Source of the DNA: a virus
Taxonomy: Duplodnaviria > Caudoviricetes
Virus record (IMG/VR): IMGVR_UViG_3300037296_000138
Span: 1-61,305 of that record
DNA length: 61,305 nucleotides
Strand: one strand, 5' to 3'
Shown here: piece after piece, positions 1 to 8,484 of the stretch
Layout: the number at the start of each line of letters is the position of its first letter
Position numbering within the stretch: the stretch's first letter is position 1
The notes under the pieces: model-generated
The model's input: the letters and a program-made list of their open reading frames with translations, nothing else
Databases searched by the model: none
Told to the model about the DNA's origin: nothing
Position numbers and translations under genes: made by a program

Positions 1-1
1 C

Positions 2-70
2 TCTAATGACGACTTCATAAAGGAATTTGAGAAGCAGATCGACATAGCTAAGATGCTAGGTCTCATATAG
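2..70 (+). CDS. 3' end of a truncated hypothetical ORF (SNDDFIKEFEKQIDIAKMLGLI*)
   Basis: Open frame from the window edge to TAG at 68-70. Confidence 0.4.
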   Translation, partial: SNDDFIKEFEKQIDIAKMLGLI

Positions 71-105
71 ATATCCCAAATCTACAGTAGGGATAGTCTA
101 CAAAT

Positions 106-120
106 TATATATATATATAT
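106..120. repeat. (TA)7T tract in an AT-rich non-coding region
   Basis: tatatatatatatat read directly. Confidence 0.9.
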
Positions 121-242
121 TAGATATTGCAAATGAATCGTGAAGCAAAAAATGATAGTTATGTTTCAAGGCAGTGTATATATGATCCGTCCCCAATTAC
201 TAAGCATACCCCCCCGGGGTTATCTTGAGCTCCTTACACTAC

Positions 243-260
243 GCCGCCTTGCGGCTTTGG
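243..260 (+). promoter_or_regulatory. vRNAP hairpin early promoter 1
   Basis: GCCGC-CTT-GCGGC-TTTGG. The template strand forms a 5-bp stem with an AAG triloop closed by C:G, matching N4 promoter architecture. Confidence 0.8.
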
Positions 261-296
261 AGCGATCTTGCTCAGTATCATCAAGGATCTACTACT

Positions 297-641
297 ATGG
301 CATCTGCAATCAAGTCCGGCCACGCTGCAATCGTTGGCCTCTTCGACATGGCTACCCAGACCCTCGACTCTGGCTCCATGGGCATGGACATCCTCCATAC
401 CAAAGTGCGTGTAGCGCACGCTGCTGCTACCGATAACATCGAGGAGAAGCTCTCCATCGCTATGAACCAGTCCCGTCGCAACCTCGCAGAGGGGCACGCT
501 GAGTTCATCATCGACCAAGACGACCGTCTTGCGAGAAACCCTAAATTGCTCAGCAAATTCAATGAAGTTCTGCAACAATTAGAAAACGGCGGAGTCCCCA
601 CTACAAAACCAAAAACTGCTTCCAAGGCAAAAGCTGCCTAA
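297..641 (+). CDS. First early protein (positional equivalent of N4 gp1)
   Basis: AAGGA RBS at 283-287, ATG 297; lies directly after hairpin promoter 1. Confidence 0.7.
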   Translation: MASAIKSGHAAIVGLFDMATQTLDSGSMGMDILHTKVRVAHAAATDNIEEKLSIAMNQSRRNLAEGHAEFIIDQDDRLARNPKLLSKFNEVLQQLENGGVPTTKPKTASKAKAA

Positions 642-655
642 GCCTCACCTAAAGC

Positions 656-690
656 CTATCCCTTGCATACGTGCGAGGGGTAGCGCTATT
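656..690 (+). terminator. Stem-loop after the first early gene
   Basis: ctatcccttgca-tacg-tgcgaggggtag; weak U tract. Confidence 0.5.
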
Positions 691-886
691 AAGTTACACT
701 ATTACACTGTGTGTTGGATGCTACCTAGCTACTAGGGTGTGATACTATAGCTCTGGTTACCAGGCTACATTATCCACACTCTTGCTGGATGCTACCGTGG
801 CACTGTGTGCAATGCTGTGGGTCTACTACTCTACTGCTTGCGTGTATTCTTCCAGCTCTGTTGGGTTACTCTTGCTTGGCCTTGCT

Positions 887-906
887 AGGCGCCTTGCGCC
901 TTTAGG
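887..906 (+). promoter_or_regulatory. vRNAP hairpin early promoter 2
   Basis: AGGCGC-CTT-GCGCCT-TTAGG; same loop and downstream T-run as the sites at 243 and 3147. Confidence 0.85.
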
Positions 907-978
907 ATCAGCGCTTGTCGAGATGTCTCGATGAGTGAGAACTTGGTCCAAAATCAGATGTTAAAGGAAAATTACATC

Positions 979-1395
979 ATGGCACGTAACCTGTTTAAGA
1001 AGAACGAATCCGCAGCTGCTGGTAACAACACAAACGAAGAGACCAAGGTTAAGTCCTTGGTATGGGTGAATATTGGCGCGACCCTCAAGGTCAAGCAAGA
1101 AGATGGCACCATGGCCGATGAGTTCATCTCGATGCCTGTGGGCATTGCACTGGACACCCAGACGCCGATGGAGATCCGCGGCAAGAACAAAGCTTGGCAC
1201 CACAAGGTGCAGGCCAAGAACATGATCCTGCAGATGTTGCAGGCTGTTGGCGAAGAGCTTGAGCCCGGCGAAGGCGAGATCATCTCGGATCTGCAGATCC
1301 AAGTGTTCCGCAAGAACGATGCACCTGATGAGGCAGACGCTGGCGACAACGATCTGTTGGACCAGTTGTCCTCACTTGGTCGCGTTGTCGGCTAA
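979..1395 (+). CDS. N4 gp2-like ssDNA-binding activator of RNAP II
   Basis: Motifs WVNIG, FISMPVGIALDTQ, LEPGE and LQIQV match N4 gp2; AAGGA RBS before ATG 979. Confidence 0.85.
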   Translation: MARNLFKKNESAAAGNNTNEETKVKSLVWVNIGATLKVKQEDGTMADEFISMPVGIALDTQTPMEIRGKNKAWHHKVQAKNMILQMLQAVGEELEPGEGEIISDLQIQVFRKNDAPDEADAGDNDLLDQLSSLGRVVG

Positions 1396-1411
1396 GCCGT
1401 TCTACAAATTT

Positions 1412-1453
1412 CAGGCCTATTGCTCCCAATCGGGGGCAGTAGGTCTGTTATTT
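1412..1453 (+). terminator. Intrinsic terminator
   Basis: caggcctattgctccc-aatc-gggggcagtaggtctg followed by ttattt. Confidence 0.7.
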
Positions 1454-1528
1454 AATACCTAAAGACTAGATTCGGTGAAAGCATCATGTTTTGACCAAAG
1501 GTAGTCTAAAGCATAACTAGAGGTAAAT

Positions 1529-1702
1529 ATGGCATCTGTAGTAATCCAGAAGCACCATTATCAAGACCGTGGAACCAAGCGAATCAACGCTGAGGTTCTC
1601 ATCTTGGACTTCGACGACGAGGGCATCACATGCTCATACGTCCTTGAGGTCCATACCCAGATCACAACGATCAAACCCATGAAAACTCTGAAGGAGTATT
1701 AA
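1529..1702 (+). CDS. Small early hypothetical protein (57 aa, not in the ORF track)
   Basis: GAGG RBS; MASVVIQKHHY...KTLKEY*. Confidence 0.65.
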   Translation: MASVVIQKHHYQDRGTKRINAEVLILDFDDEGITCSYVLEVHTQITTIKPMKTLKEY

Positions 1703-1705
1703 ACC

Positions 1706-1870
1706 ATGATCACCAAGCTCCTGTTGCTGCAGATCATTGCAACCGTTTTTGGTTGCCTCATGCTGATCATTGCGATCGGCTACATGAACACATTCCACGC
1801 GGGCATTGCCGCGGGGAGCATCTTTGTTGCTATGGGCATCTCCATAGCTAGAACCATTCGAGGAGAATGA
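1706..1870 (+). CDS. Small two-TM membrane protein (54 aa)
   Basis: AAGGAG RBS; MITKLLLLQIIATVFGCLMLIIAIG... Confidence 0.65.
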   Translation: MITKLLLLQIIATVFGCLMLIIAIGYMNTFHAGIAAGSIFVAMGISIARTIRGE

Positions 1871-1873
1871 GCG

Positions 1874-2008
1874 ATGAAAACTGTCCAAGCACCAACCCTT
1901 GAAGGGTTCTTCGAGTCTAGCCAGTTCGAAATCTATGGCATTGCCATGGCTGCGATCTTGGTGCTCGTAATTGTTAACTATGCGATCGACGCATTCATGA
2001 AGCACTGA
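1874..2008 (+). CDS. Small single-TM protein (44 aa)
   Basis: AGGAG RBS; hydrophobic IYGIAMAAILVLVIVNY. Confidence 0.6.
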   Translation: MKTVQAPTLEGFFESSQFEIYGIAMAAILVLVIVNYAIDAFMKH

Positions 2009-2019
2009 GGAGATCTACC

Positions 2020-2208
2020 ATGTCCAAAGACAATGGATCCGAATTTGACGAGCCATCACCACTTGGCTCGTCGACACCTACTGATCGTGATCTCATGATC
2101 CGCTACCATATGGCTCTTCAGGCCATCATGGACCATTCAGCTGTCGGCGTCGCAGATGCTCAAGCCATGCGCAGCATCTCGAAACGCGCACTCGTCTACC
2201 TCACTTAA
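2020..2208 (+). CDS. Hypothetical early protein
   Basis: GAGGAG RBS; tandem packing. Confidence 0.7.
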   Translation: MSKDNGSEFDEPSPLGSSTPTDRDLMIRYHMALQAIMDHSAVGVADAQAMRSISKRALVYLT

Positions 2209-2230
2209 CCCAACCCTAGGAGTCCAGACT

Positions 2231-2629
2231 ATGCCATTGTTCAATTCATCCACCGAGACCACCTATGACGCACTCGTTCGCAACCGTGTGATCGTCAACC
2301 GTCACACCCAGATCAGCATCTCTGATCTCGAGACCTTCAGCCCAGAGCAGCTCAATGCTCTGGAGGCGCAGATCAACACCGTGCGTGTGATGCGTGAGAG
2401 AGCCGCCAGAGAGGACCGTCAGGCCTATCTCGACTCACTGGTGGCCCGTGACAAGCTCATGAGCGTGTCGTGGGAGCAGCTGGCCCTGCTGTATCAGTTA
2501 GAGGGCATGATCCCGGGCACTGAACGGTGCAAGGATGCACGTCACAAGCCGCATCCGCGTGCTGTGGACCGCGAGCGCATCCTCAACGCACACCGTGAGG
2601 TGCTGACGTCCTACGATGTGCGCCGGTGA
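2231..2629 (+). CDS. Hypothetical early protein
   Basis: AGGAG RBS before ATG 2231. Confidence 0.7.
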   Translation: MPLFNSSTETTYDALVRNRVIVNRHTQISISDLETFSPEQLNALEAQINTVRVMRERAAREDRQAYLDSLVARDKLMSVSWEQLALLYQLEGMIPGTERCKDARHKPHPRAVDRERILNAHREVLTSYDVRR

Positions 2630-3047
2630 ACGTATGAGCCGGAGCCAAATGCACCAAGAGGTGAGCCCACCCAAAAACGCAATCACGACCTCCGAGGAGT
2701 TGCTAGTCTTAGCGCTCCTCGGAGCCACCACGTATACGATAGTCCAGGCAGGGCGCATGAGAGCTGTGAAGCTCACAGGTGTCCAAACATGGGAAACACT
2801 CAACAATGTGATACTGCCCAATCCAGCTCATGAAGAGCCAACTATGTGTTGGGTCGGAATTGATGAGCAAGGTAGACAAACCCATGGCTGCCTCAGTGAC
2901 ATCAACATCGACAGGCCGGCTCATGCCGGCAGAAGCAATCTACATTACATGTTTGCTGATATTGATGATGCATTCGCCTTTCAGGCAATAGCTGAGAAGA
3001 TATGGGACAAACACATGAGTAACCAGAACTTCAGCAGCTTTGTTTAA
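2616..3047 (+). CDS. Hypothetical early protein (start uncertain)
   Basis: ORF fills the gap up to a stem-loop. Confidence 0.6.
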   Translation: MCAGERMSRSQMHQEVSPPKNAITTSEELLVLALLGATTYTIVQAGRMRAVKLTGVQTWETLNNVILPNPAHEEPTMCWVGIDEQGRQTHGCLSDINIDRPAHAGRSNLHYMFADIDDAFAFQAIAEKIWDKHMSNQNFSSFV

Positions 3048-3052
3048 TCTAT

Positions 3053-3080
3053 AGCTCCTAGGGGATATGACCCTAGGGGC
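3053..3080 (+). terminator. Stem-loop ending the second early unit
   Basis: gctcctaggg-gatatga-ccctaggggc. Confidence 0.5.
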
Positions 3081-3146
3081 ATAAGAGCCGACCGAGCGAT
3101 AGTAATTGAGTTCTTCTTTCGGTGTATCCAATCACTTTGTTATTGG

Positions 3147-3175
3147 GGCGCCTTGCGCCTTTGCGGGCTTCGCCC
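3147..3175 (+). promoter_or_regulatory. vRNAP hairpin early promoter 3, followed by a GGGC-TTC-GCCC mini-hairpin
   Basis: GGCGC-CTT-GCGCC-TTTG; core identical to promoter 2. Confidence 0.85.
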
Positions 3176-3197
3176 TGTGTAAATGGAGAAAACTACA

Positions 3198-3416
3198 ATG
3201 AGCAAACCCAAAAAACTTATCGTCACCCAAACCGGACATACTGACAAAGTCATGAAAGAGATGTCCAAATTCCATGGAACCACCGATCAAGAAATCGGAA
3301 CTGTCATCAGTGATCGTAACGCACGAGAATCTGATCTGAAAGCAGCCGGCTACAGCCGAGCTGCGAGAAGATCATTCTTCCACATGCTCAAGCAACAGAA
3401 GAAAGTGAAATTCTGA
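3198..3416 (+). CDS. Small basic hypothetical protein
   Basis: GGAG RBS; first gene after promoter 3. Confidence 0.7.
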   Translation: MSKPKKLIVTQTGHTDKVMKEMSKFHGTTDQEIGTVISDRNARESDLKAAGYSRAARRSFFHMLKQQKKVKF

Positions 3417-3505
3417 TGAGCCAATTCCAATATGTAATGATGGTAATAATGTCTATCTTAGTAGGCATTCTTGCTATCCTAGACCTAGCAGGATTCATCC
3501 CATGA
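3416..3505 (+). CDS. 29-aa hydrophobic peptide
   Basis: TGATG coupling at both ends; MSQFQYVMMVIMSILVGILAILDLAGFIP*. Confidence 0.5.
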   Translation: MSQFQYVMMVIMSILVGILAILDLAGFIP

Positions 3506-3708
3506 TGCAGAAGATAATACGCTTCCTGAAGATCCAGATCTACGAGCTCTGGGAATGGTGCTTCACCGTGGCATTCGCCTATGCACTGCACAGCTTATGT
3601 GTGTGGATGAATGCACCACTGTGGATCGAGATCACCTTGATCTCAACTCTCGTAGCTGACCGCTACATCACCCTCGATAAAAGGAATAGCAAATCCCATG
3701 AGCAATAA
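3502..3708 (+). CDS. Small membrane protein
   Basis: Coupled ORF with hydrophobic segments. Confidence 0.6.
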   Translation: MMQKIIRFLKIQIYELWEWCFTVAFAYALHSLCVWMNAPLWIEITLISTLVADRYITLDKRNSKSHEQ

Positions 3709-3994
3709 ACAAAAAGCAAATACTCCAGAACAGAAAGTCTGGACGCTGACGATCACTGAGTATGAGGGGCAATGCACCGGATTCTCAAGCTATGTCACTC
3801 TGCTGGCAATCTTCACTAAAGAACCTAGCCCAGCTCAATTGGCTCCGTATCTGGGTAATCACCTGTCCAGCACGATGGGCGAAGCCATCAGCCAGGTAAT
3901 ATCCCTGATTGATACAGGCCGCTATGCGCCCAGTGATCGTTATGATTTCGATCTCAACCACGTAATCTGCAACACACCTATTGAGGAAAAATAG
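3698..3994 (+). CDS. Hypothetical protein
   Basis: AAGGA RBS; tandem packing. Confidence 0.7.
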   Translation: MSNKQKANTPEQKVWTLTITEYEGQCTGFSSYVTLLAIFTKEPSPAQLAPYLGNHLSSTMGEAISQVISLIDTGRYAPSDRYDFDLNHVICNTPIEEK

Positions 3995-3999
3995 AACCA

Positions 4000-4200
4000 A
4001 TGGCTAAATCAGCTTACCGCGGACAAGACGTCACTCGTGAATTGATCCGGGAAGAATTCCACAAAGGGAAATCCACAATCCTCAGTGGCCAGGATGCATA
4101 TACCTGGAACGATGCATGCAACAAGCTTGCCAAGCAGATGAAAGCTGAAGGCTTGAGCAACACTGCTGAGAAAGTCCTCGGCTACAAAGTCGAGGTATAA
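4000..4200 (+). CDS. Hypothetical protein
   Basis: GAGGA RBS. Confidence 0.7.
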   Translation: MAKSAYRGQDVTRELIREEFHKGKSTILSGQDAYTWNDACNKLAKQMKAEGLSNTAEKVLGYKVEV

Positions 4201-4204
4201 TCTC

Positions 4205-4540
4205 ATGTCAGTGAACCAATCTGTTCTATGTTATTTTGGATGGTTAGTCCCAACGACACCAGCAATGCACAAATGGGCAGAAGAGCTGGACTATAAAATG
4301 CCACACGGCGTCAAGCTAATTGGCATGGATTCCCAAGACATCGTCTTTGGGGCTCCAATCTATGATTCAGGCAATAACCGGTGGGGTCCACTGGAAGCTG
4401 ACAACGTGGCATTGAGCCAAGTGGAAATGTATAACCTCTTCGCCAAATGGTTCAACCAAGGCGGAGATATACTCCTACTCCGATTTGCGGAAGCACATTG
4501 GGGTCAGGAGAAATTCCACATCTTCATTGATACTTACTAA
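4205..4540 (+). CDS. Hypothetical protein
   Basis: GAGGT RBS. Confidence 0.7.
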   Translation: MSVNQSVLCYFGWLVPTTPAMHKWAEELDYKMPHGVKLIGMDSQDIVFGAPIYDSGNNRWGPLEADNVALSQVEMYNLFAKWFNQGGDILLLRFAEAHWGQEKFHIFIDTY

Positions 4541-4552
4541 AAGGAAAATACG

Positions 4553-5404
4553 ATGAAAGCCGACGAAGCAGCTCAACTACAATTCGAAGAACTATACGAC
4601 AAGAACCAAACGATGAAGCGGCTACGATGCGAGTTTGATAATCAAGAGGTCTATGACCAATGCGAGAAGGCAGATATCCCATATGCCTTCGGCGTTGATC
4701 TCCTCTGCCAGATGGTTCTCCACAAGCGTGCTGCACCAGACGTCCTGGTGGGCATCCTGTGGCGCCACTTCGATATGATCGAGGATCCGGACAACCCGGG
4801 CATGGCGCTCTACGAGAACCCTTACCAGGCCTGCGCAGACGCACTGCTGCGCGCTGTCGACCATGACTTCGCTGATCTCACCAGCACCGAGACAACCCTC
4901 GTGCTGTGCAACGACGTTGATCAGGAGGTCTACGACGATCTCAACCGATTTCAGTATCCGCTACCGATGCTGGTCACGCCGGCCGAGGTCACCAACAACA
5001 AGCAGTCAGGCTACCTGAAGGTGCAGGGCTCCCTGATCCTGAAGAACAACCACCATGAAGATGACATCTGCTTGGATCACATCAACCGTGTGAACTGCGT
5101 CAAGCTGACCATCAACACGGACACCGCACAGATGGTTCAGAACCGCTGGAAGAACCTCGACAAGCGTAAGCCTGGCGAGGAGCATGCCGATCTCATGAAG
5201 CGCCGCAAGGCCTTCGAGAAATATGATACGACATCCCGTGATGTCATTGATCACCTCATGGTGTTCGATGACGAGTTCTACCTTACTCACCGGTATGACA
5301 AGCGCGGCCGCACCTACTGCCAAGGCTACCATGTGAACTATCAGGGCACAGCGTGGAACAAGGCAGTGGTTGAATTCGCTCACCAAGAGGTGTGTGAATC
5401 GTGA
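4553..5404 (+). CDS. N4-type RNA polymerase II subunit 1 (gp15-like)
   Basis: FYLTHRYDKRGRTYCQGYHVNYQG (T7-family DxRGRxY motif); FQYPLPML. Confidence 0.93.
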   Translation: MKADEAAQLQFEELYDKNQTMKRLRCEFDNQEVYDQCEKADIPYAFGVDLLCQMVLHKRAAPDVLVGILWRHFDMIEDPDNPGMALYENPYQACADALLRAVDHDFADLTSTETTLVLCNDVDQEVYDDLNRFQYPLPMLVTPAEVTNNKQSGYLKVQGSLILKNNHHEDDICLDHINRVNCVKLTINTDTAQMVQNRWKNLDKRKPGEEHADLMKRRKAFEKYDTTSRDVIDHLMVFDDEFYLTHRYDKRGRTYCQGYHVNYQGTAWNKAVVEFAHQEVCES

Positions 5405-5622
5405 AGGACTTCAAAGATCACAGTAAAGTCCAATTCCTAGAAGATCGGTATGGATACCTCCAAACCTTTCATCGAAAGAAACAACGTGCTCTCTTCAAAT
5501 ATGGTAATCACGAATTCGTAAGATTCCTTGGAGACAAGGAGTTTTACGACGTGATGCCAGAAGGCACATATGTTAAATCCGTATGGAGGCTAATACCCAA
5601 TGAAACTGGTGGACATAGCTGA
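5401..5622 (+). CDS. Hypothetical protein
   Basis: GTGA overlap with RNAP subunit 1. Confidence 0.6.
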   Translation: MKDFKDHSKVQFLEDRYGYLQTFHRKKQRALFKYGNHEFVRFLGDKEFYDVMPEGTYVKSVWRLIPNETGGHS

Positions 5623-5935
5623 TGGTAGATCCATCCGCATAATCTACAGTCGCCCTTGGACCAATTGGGCAAAAAACAAGCTGAGACATCTGAATCAAAA
5701 CAAGGTGCCTATCTCATTCCTTCACGAATGGAATTCAAAGATGGCAGCTTGTGTCTTATTGGATTCATTGGATGAAGACTTTCAACCAATACTATCCTTG
5801 AACTCATTCTATGAGCCTAAACCTATGGAAGAAAGGTATCTTGATTACATCAAGGAATTCCAACCCAAGCTTCAACGCTTCATCGACAGCAGAAAGTCTA
5901 GGAAATTCAGACTCATAAAGGGACGTGACTTCTAA
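5600..5935 (+). CDS. Hypothetical protein
   Basis: GGAGG RBS. Confidence 0.65.
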   Translation: MKLVDIADGRSIRIIYSRPWTNWAKNKLRHLNQNKVPISFLHEWNSKMAACVLLDSLDEDFQPILSLNSFYEPKPMEERYLDYIKEFQPKLQRFIDSRKSRKFRLIKGRDF

Positions 5936-6402
5936 TGGCAATATCACATAGATACGGACCTGAGCTCACTCAAGAGCAAAAACGTCATCGCACTGCCATG
6001 AAGGAAATCTCCTACATGCAACGCTATTCAGGCAAATCAGCCTCAATAGCTATCGTTGACGAGTTCAATAAATATAATAAGGAGGGGAGACAGATGCTAA
6101 TCAACGATCCAATCACCAACAAAGTCCACTTTATATTCGGCTTCAATTGCTATCGCAGCTTCCTGCTAGATCGCATTAACAAAAAGGATAGCACTCTTCA
6201 CCGGAACCATCTGATCCAGGCTCTCGAGCTACTAGGGTCTGTATTGATTCTAAACGATGCCCATCCTGATTTGGATCCCCTATCCAGGCAGGAGAAGGAA
6301 AGACAAATCCTTCAAACTTCCTATGATAACCTAGCTAGTTATCTAGAGCAGAATACCTCAGAGCGATACCACGTTCGACACAACCGAAGCGAAGACGATT
6401 AA
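5935..6402 (+). CDS. Hypothetical protein (possible internal start at 6094)
   Basis: TAATG coupling; strong internal RBS. Confidence 0.6.
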   Translation: MAISHRYGPELTQEQKRHRTAMKEISYMQRYSGKSASIAIVDEFNKYNKEGRQMLINDPITNKVHFIFGFNCYRSFLLDRINKKDSTLHRNHLIQALELLGSVLILNDAHPDLDPLSRQEKERQILQTSYDNLASYLEQNTSERYHVRHNRSEDD

Positions 6403-6426
6403 TACACTTTCAAAAGGAACTTCCCC

Positions 6427-7650
6427 ATGGCAATGCAGAAATTCTCCCCGATCGACTACCTCAAGATTGACGTCGCCAACAACTTTGATGGTGACCTAGA
6501 CAAGCGTGACTGGGACCAGCGCATCGACTGGTTCAACCAAAACGAAGGCATGCTCACAAGCATCCTGACCGGCAACGACAAAGTCCTCAAGACGGCCGAG
6601 GAGCCAGCCCTGGTCTACGCAGGGATGAAAGCCTTCAAGGCTGCCGAAGCGGGTGAAGCCAGTGGCTACCCAGTGTCCCTGGACGCATGCAGCTCAGGCC
6701 TGCAGCTGTTCAGCGTGCTGGTAGGCTGTGAGGAGTCCGCTAAGCTCTGTGGCATCGTGGACATCGGCCACCGTGCTGACGCCTACAGCCTGATCTATCA
6801 GGCCATGGTCAAGGAGCTCAACGAGTCCTCCAAGATCTCCCGCGGTGACTGTAAGGACGCAATCATGACTGCGTTCTTTGGCTCCACTGCAAAGCCCAAG
6901 CAGATCTTCGGTGAGGGCAAGCTGCTAGACACCTTCCACAGCACCATGGAGCTCAAGGCTCCGGGCGCATGGGAGGCCAACAAGCAGATCAAGGAGCTCT
7001 GGAAGCCCTTCGCACTCAGCCACGACTGGGTGCTGCCCGACAACTATCATGTCCACATCGACGTGATGGATATGGAGGAGCAAGCGATCCAGTTCCTTAA
7101 CCGTCCCTACGTTGTCCAGCACAAGGTCAACCGTGGAACCAAAGAGGGACGCAGCCTCCAGGCCAACTCTATTCACTCTGTCGATGGCATGGTGGTTCGT
7201 GAGATGCTGCGCCGCTGTGGCTTCAGCCGTGAAGCGATCGTTCGCATCATCAATGGGCTAAACTCCAACTCGAAATCTACCCGCCGTGCATGTGACAAGC
7301 TCGTCATGAAGCTGTGGGCTCACTATGAGAAGACTGGATTTCTATCCACACGCATCCTGGACAACCTGGACCATGACAACATGGGTCACGTTGATCCTGT
7401 GCGTATCGTCCAGATGATCAAGACACTGCCAAACAAGCCCTTCCAGGTGCTCTCGGTCCACGACTGCTTTCGCTGCTTGCCCAACTATGCAAACGACATG
7501 CGGATGCAATACAATCAGATCTTGTCAGAGATCGCAGCATCCGAGATGATGACTTCCATTGCGACGCAGATCGCTGGTCAACAGGTCACCATCAACAAGA
7601 TGAAAGACCTGAGCTCTCAGGTTCTGGAAGCTAACTACGCTCTCAGCTGA
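6427..7650 (+). CDS. N4-type RNA polymerase II subunit 2 (gp16-like)
   Basis: Motif A LDACSSGLQ, motif B RGDCKDAIMTAFFG, NSIHSVDG, motif C VHDCF. Confidence 0.95.
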   Translation: MAMQKFSPIDYLKIDVANNFDGDLDKRDWDQRIDWFNQNEGMLTSILTGNDKVLKTAEEPALVYAGMKAFKAAEAGEASGYPVSLDACSSGLQLFSVLVGCEESAKLCGIVDIGHRADAYSLIYQAMVKELNESSKISRGDCKDAIMTAFFGSTAKPKQIFGEGKLLDTFHSTMELKAPGAWEANKQIKELWKPFALSHDWVLPDNYHVHIDVMDMEEQAIQFLNRPYVVQHKVNRGTKEGRSLQANSIHSVDGMVVREMLRRCGFSREAIVRIINGLNSNSKSTRRACDKLVMKLWAHYEKTGFLSTRILDNLDHDNMGHVDPVRIVQMIKTLPNKPFQVLSVHDCFRCLPNYANDMRMQYNQILSEIAASEMMTSIATQIAGQQVTINKMKDLSSQVLEANYALS

Positions 7651-7657
7651 TAACATC

Positions 7658-7687
7658 AAAACCGGCTCACTAGCGTGGGCCGGTTTT
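7658..7687 (+). terminator. Intrinsic terminator ending the early region
   Basis: aaaaccggctcac-tagc-gtgggccggtttt. Confidence 0.8.
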
Positions 7688-7740
7688 CAATCCTCGATTC
7701 GTTTTTCGGGTTAAGTAAACCTTCATAGAAAGAGAGAACC

Positions 7741-8457
7741 ATGCCAAAAAACACCCCAGCGATCATTCCGATGACGCAAACAGAGATGCAGGCTTACGTG
7801 CTGAACGGCACCATCCCTGCTCACTTTCCTGACGGCCTGCGCGAAGCCATGGGCAACGAAGCGATGCGCAAGTCGATCACCGATGGTATCGACATGGACC
7901 AGATGGACGGCGGCGCATTTGTTGAACGTGGTCCTGACCGGGACGAAGAATCCTTCAAGAAATTCATGGACGAAGTCTTTGGCGAAGACGAAGACGATGT
8001 CCGGACAAACATTGACGGCAAGGACGACTGCCCATGTCCAATGTGCTCGGCGCGCCGGGCAATCTTTGGATCCAATGATGTGACACCGAAGGTCAAACCT
8101 GACACCGGCGAGTCCACCACCAACACCAGCAACGATGTTGCTCCGCCTGAAGACGAACTGCCTGAATGGGCTGCCGGCCGGTATACGGGAACCATCATCG
8201 AGATGACCCAGCTGCAGACCCGTGACGGTCGCCGCGTTGGCAATGCCACTGTGTTTGACATCTCAGCCAATGCCTTTGGCGCCACAATCCATGTGGTGAC
8301 CGATGCTGGCAACATCATGTCGCTGTCCTTGAACGAGGTCTTGGAGTTCTTCCATGAGCCTGAGTATATCCTGCTGGATCTACCAAATAACGAGCAGGGA
8401 CATGTCAGCGAGATGATCAATGACTGGTATGCCGAGAAATACCAGCTCAACGCCTAA
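7741..8457 (+). CDS. Acidic hypothetical protein with CxCxxC and TRDGRRVGNA segments
   Basis: 238-aa ORF with phage-like codon usage. Confidence 0.75.
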   Translation: MPKNTPAIIPMTQTEMQAYVLNGTIPAHFPDGLREAMGNEAMRKSITDGIDMDQMDGGAFVERGPDRDEESFKKFMDEVFGEDEDDVRTNIDGKDDCPCPMCSARRAIFGSNDVTPKVKPDTGESTTNTSNDVAPPEDELPEWAAGRYTGTIIEMTQLQTRDGRRVGNATVFDISANAFGATIHVVTDAGNIMSLSLNEVLEFFHEPEYILLDLPNNEQGHVSEMINDWYAEKYQLNA

Positions 8458-8484
8458 TCCTCGACGACACCGGTCAACCCTATA

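Noticed and set aside
140-436. 98-aa ORF spanning the terminus region
   Set aside because: It crosses promoter 1 and overlaps the better-supported 297-641 gene
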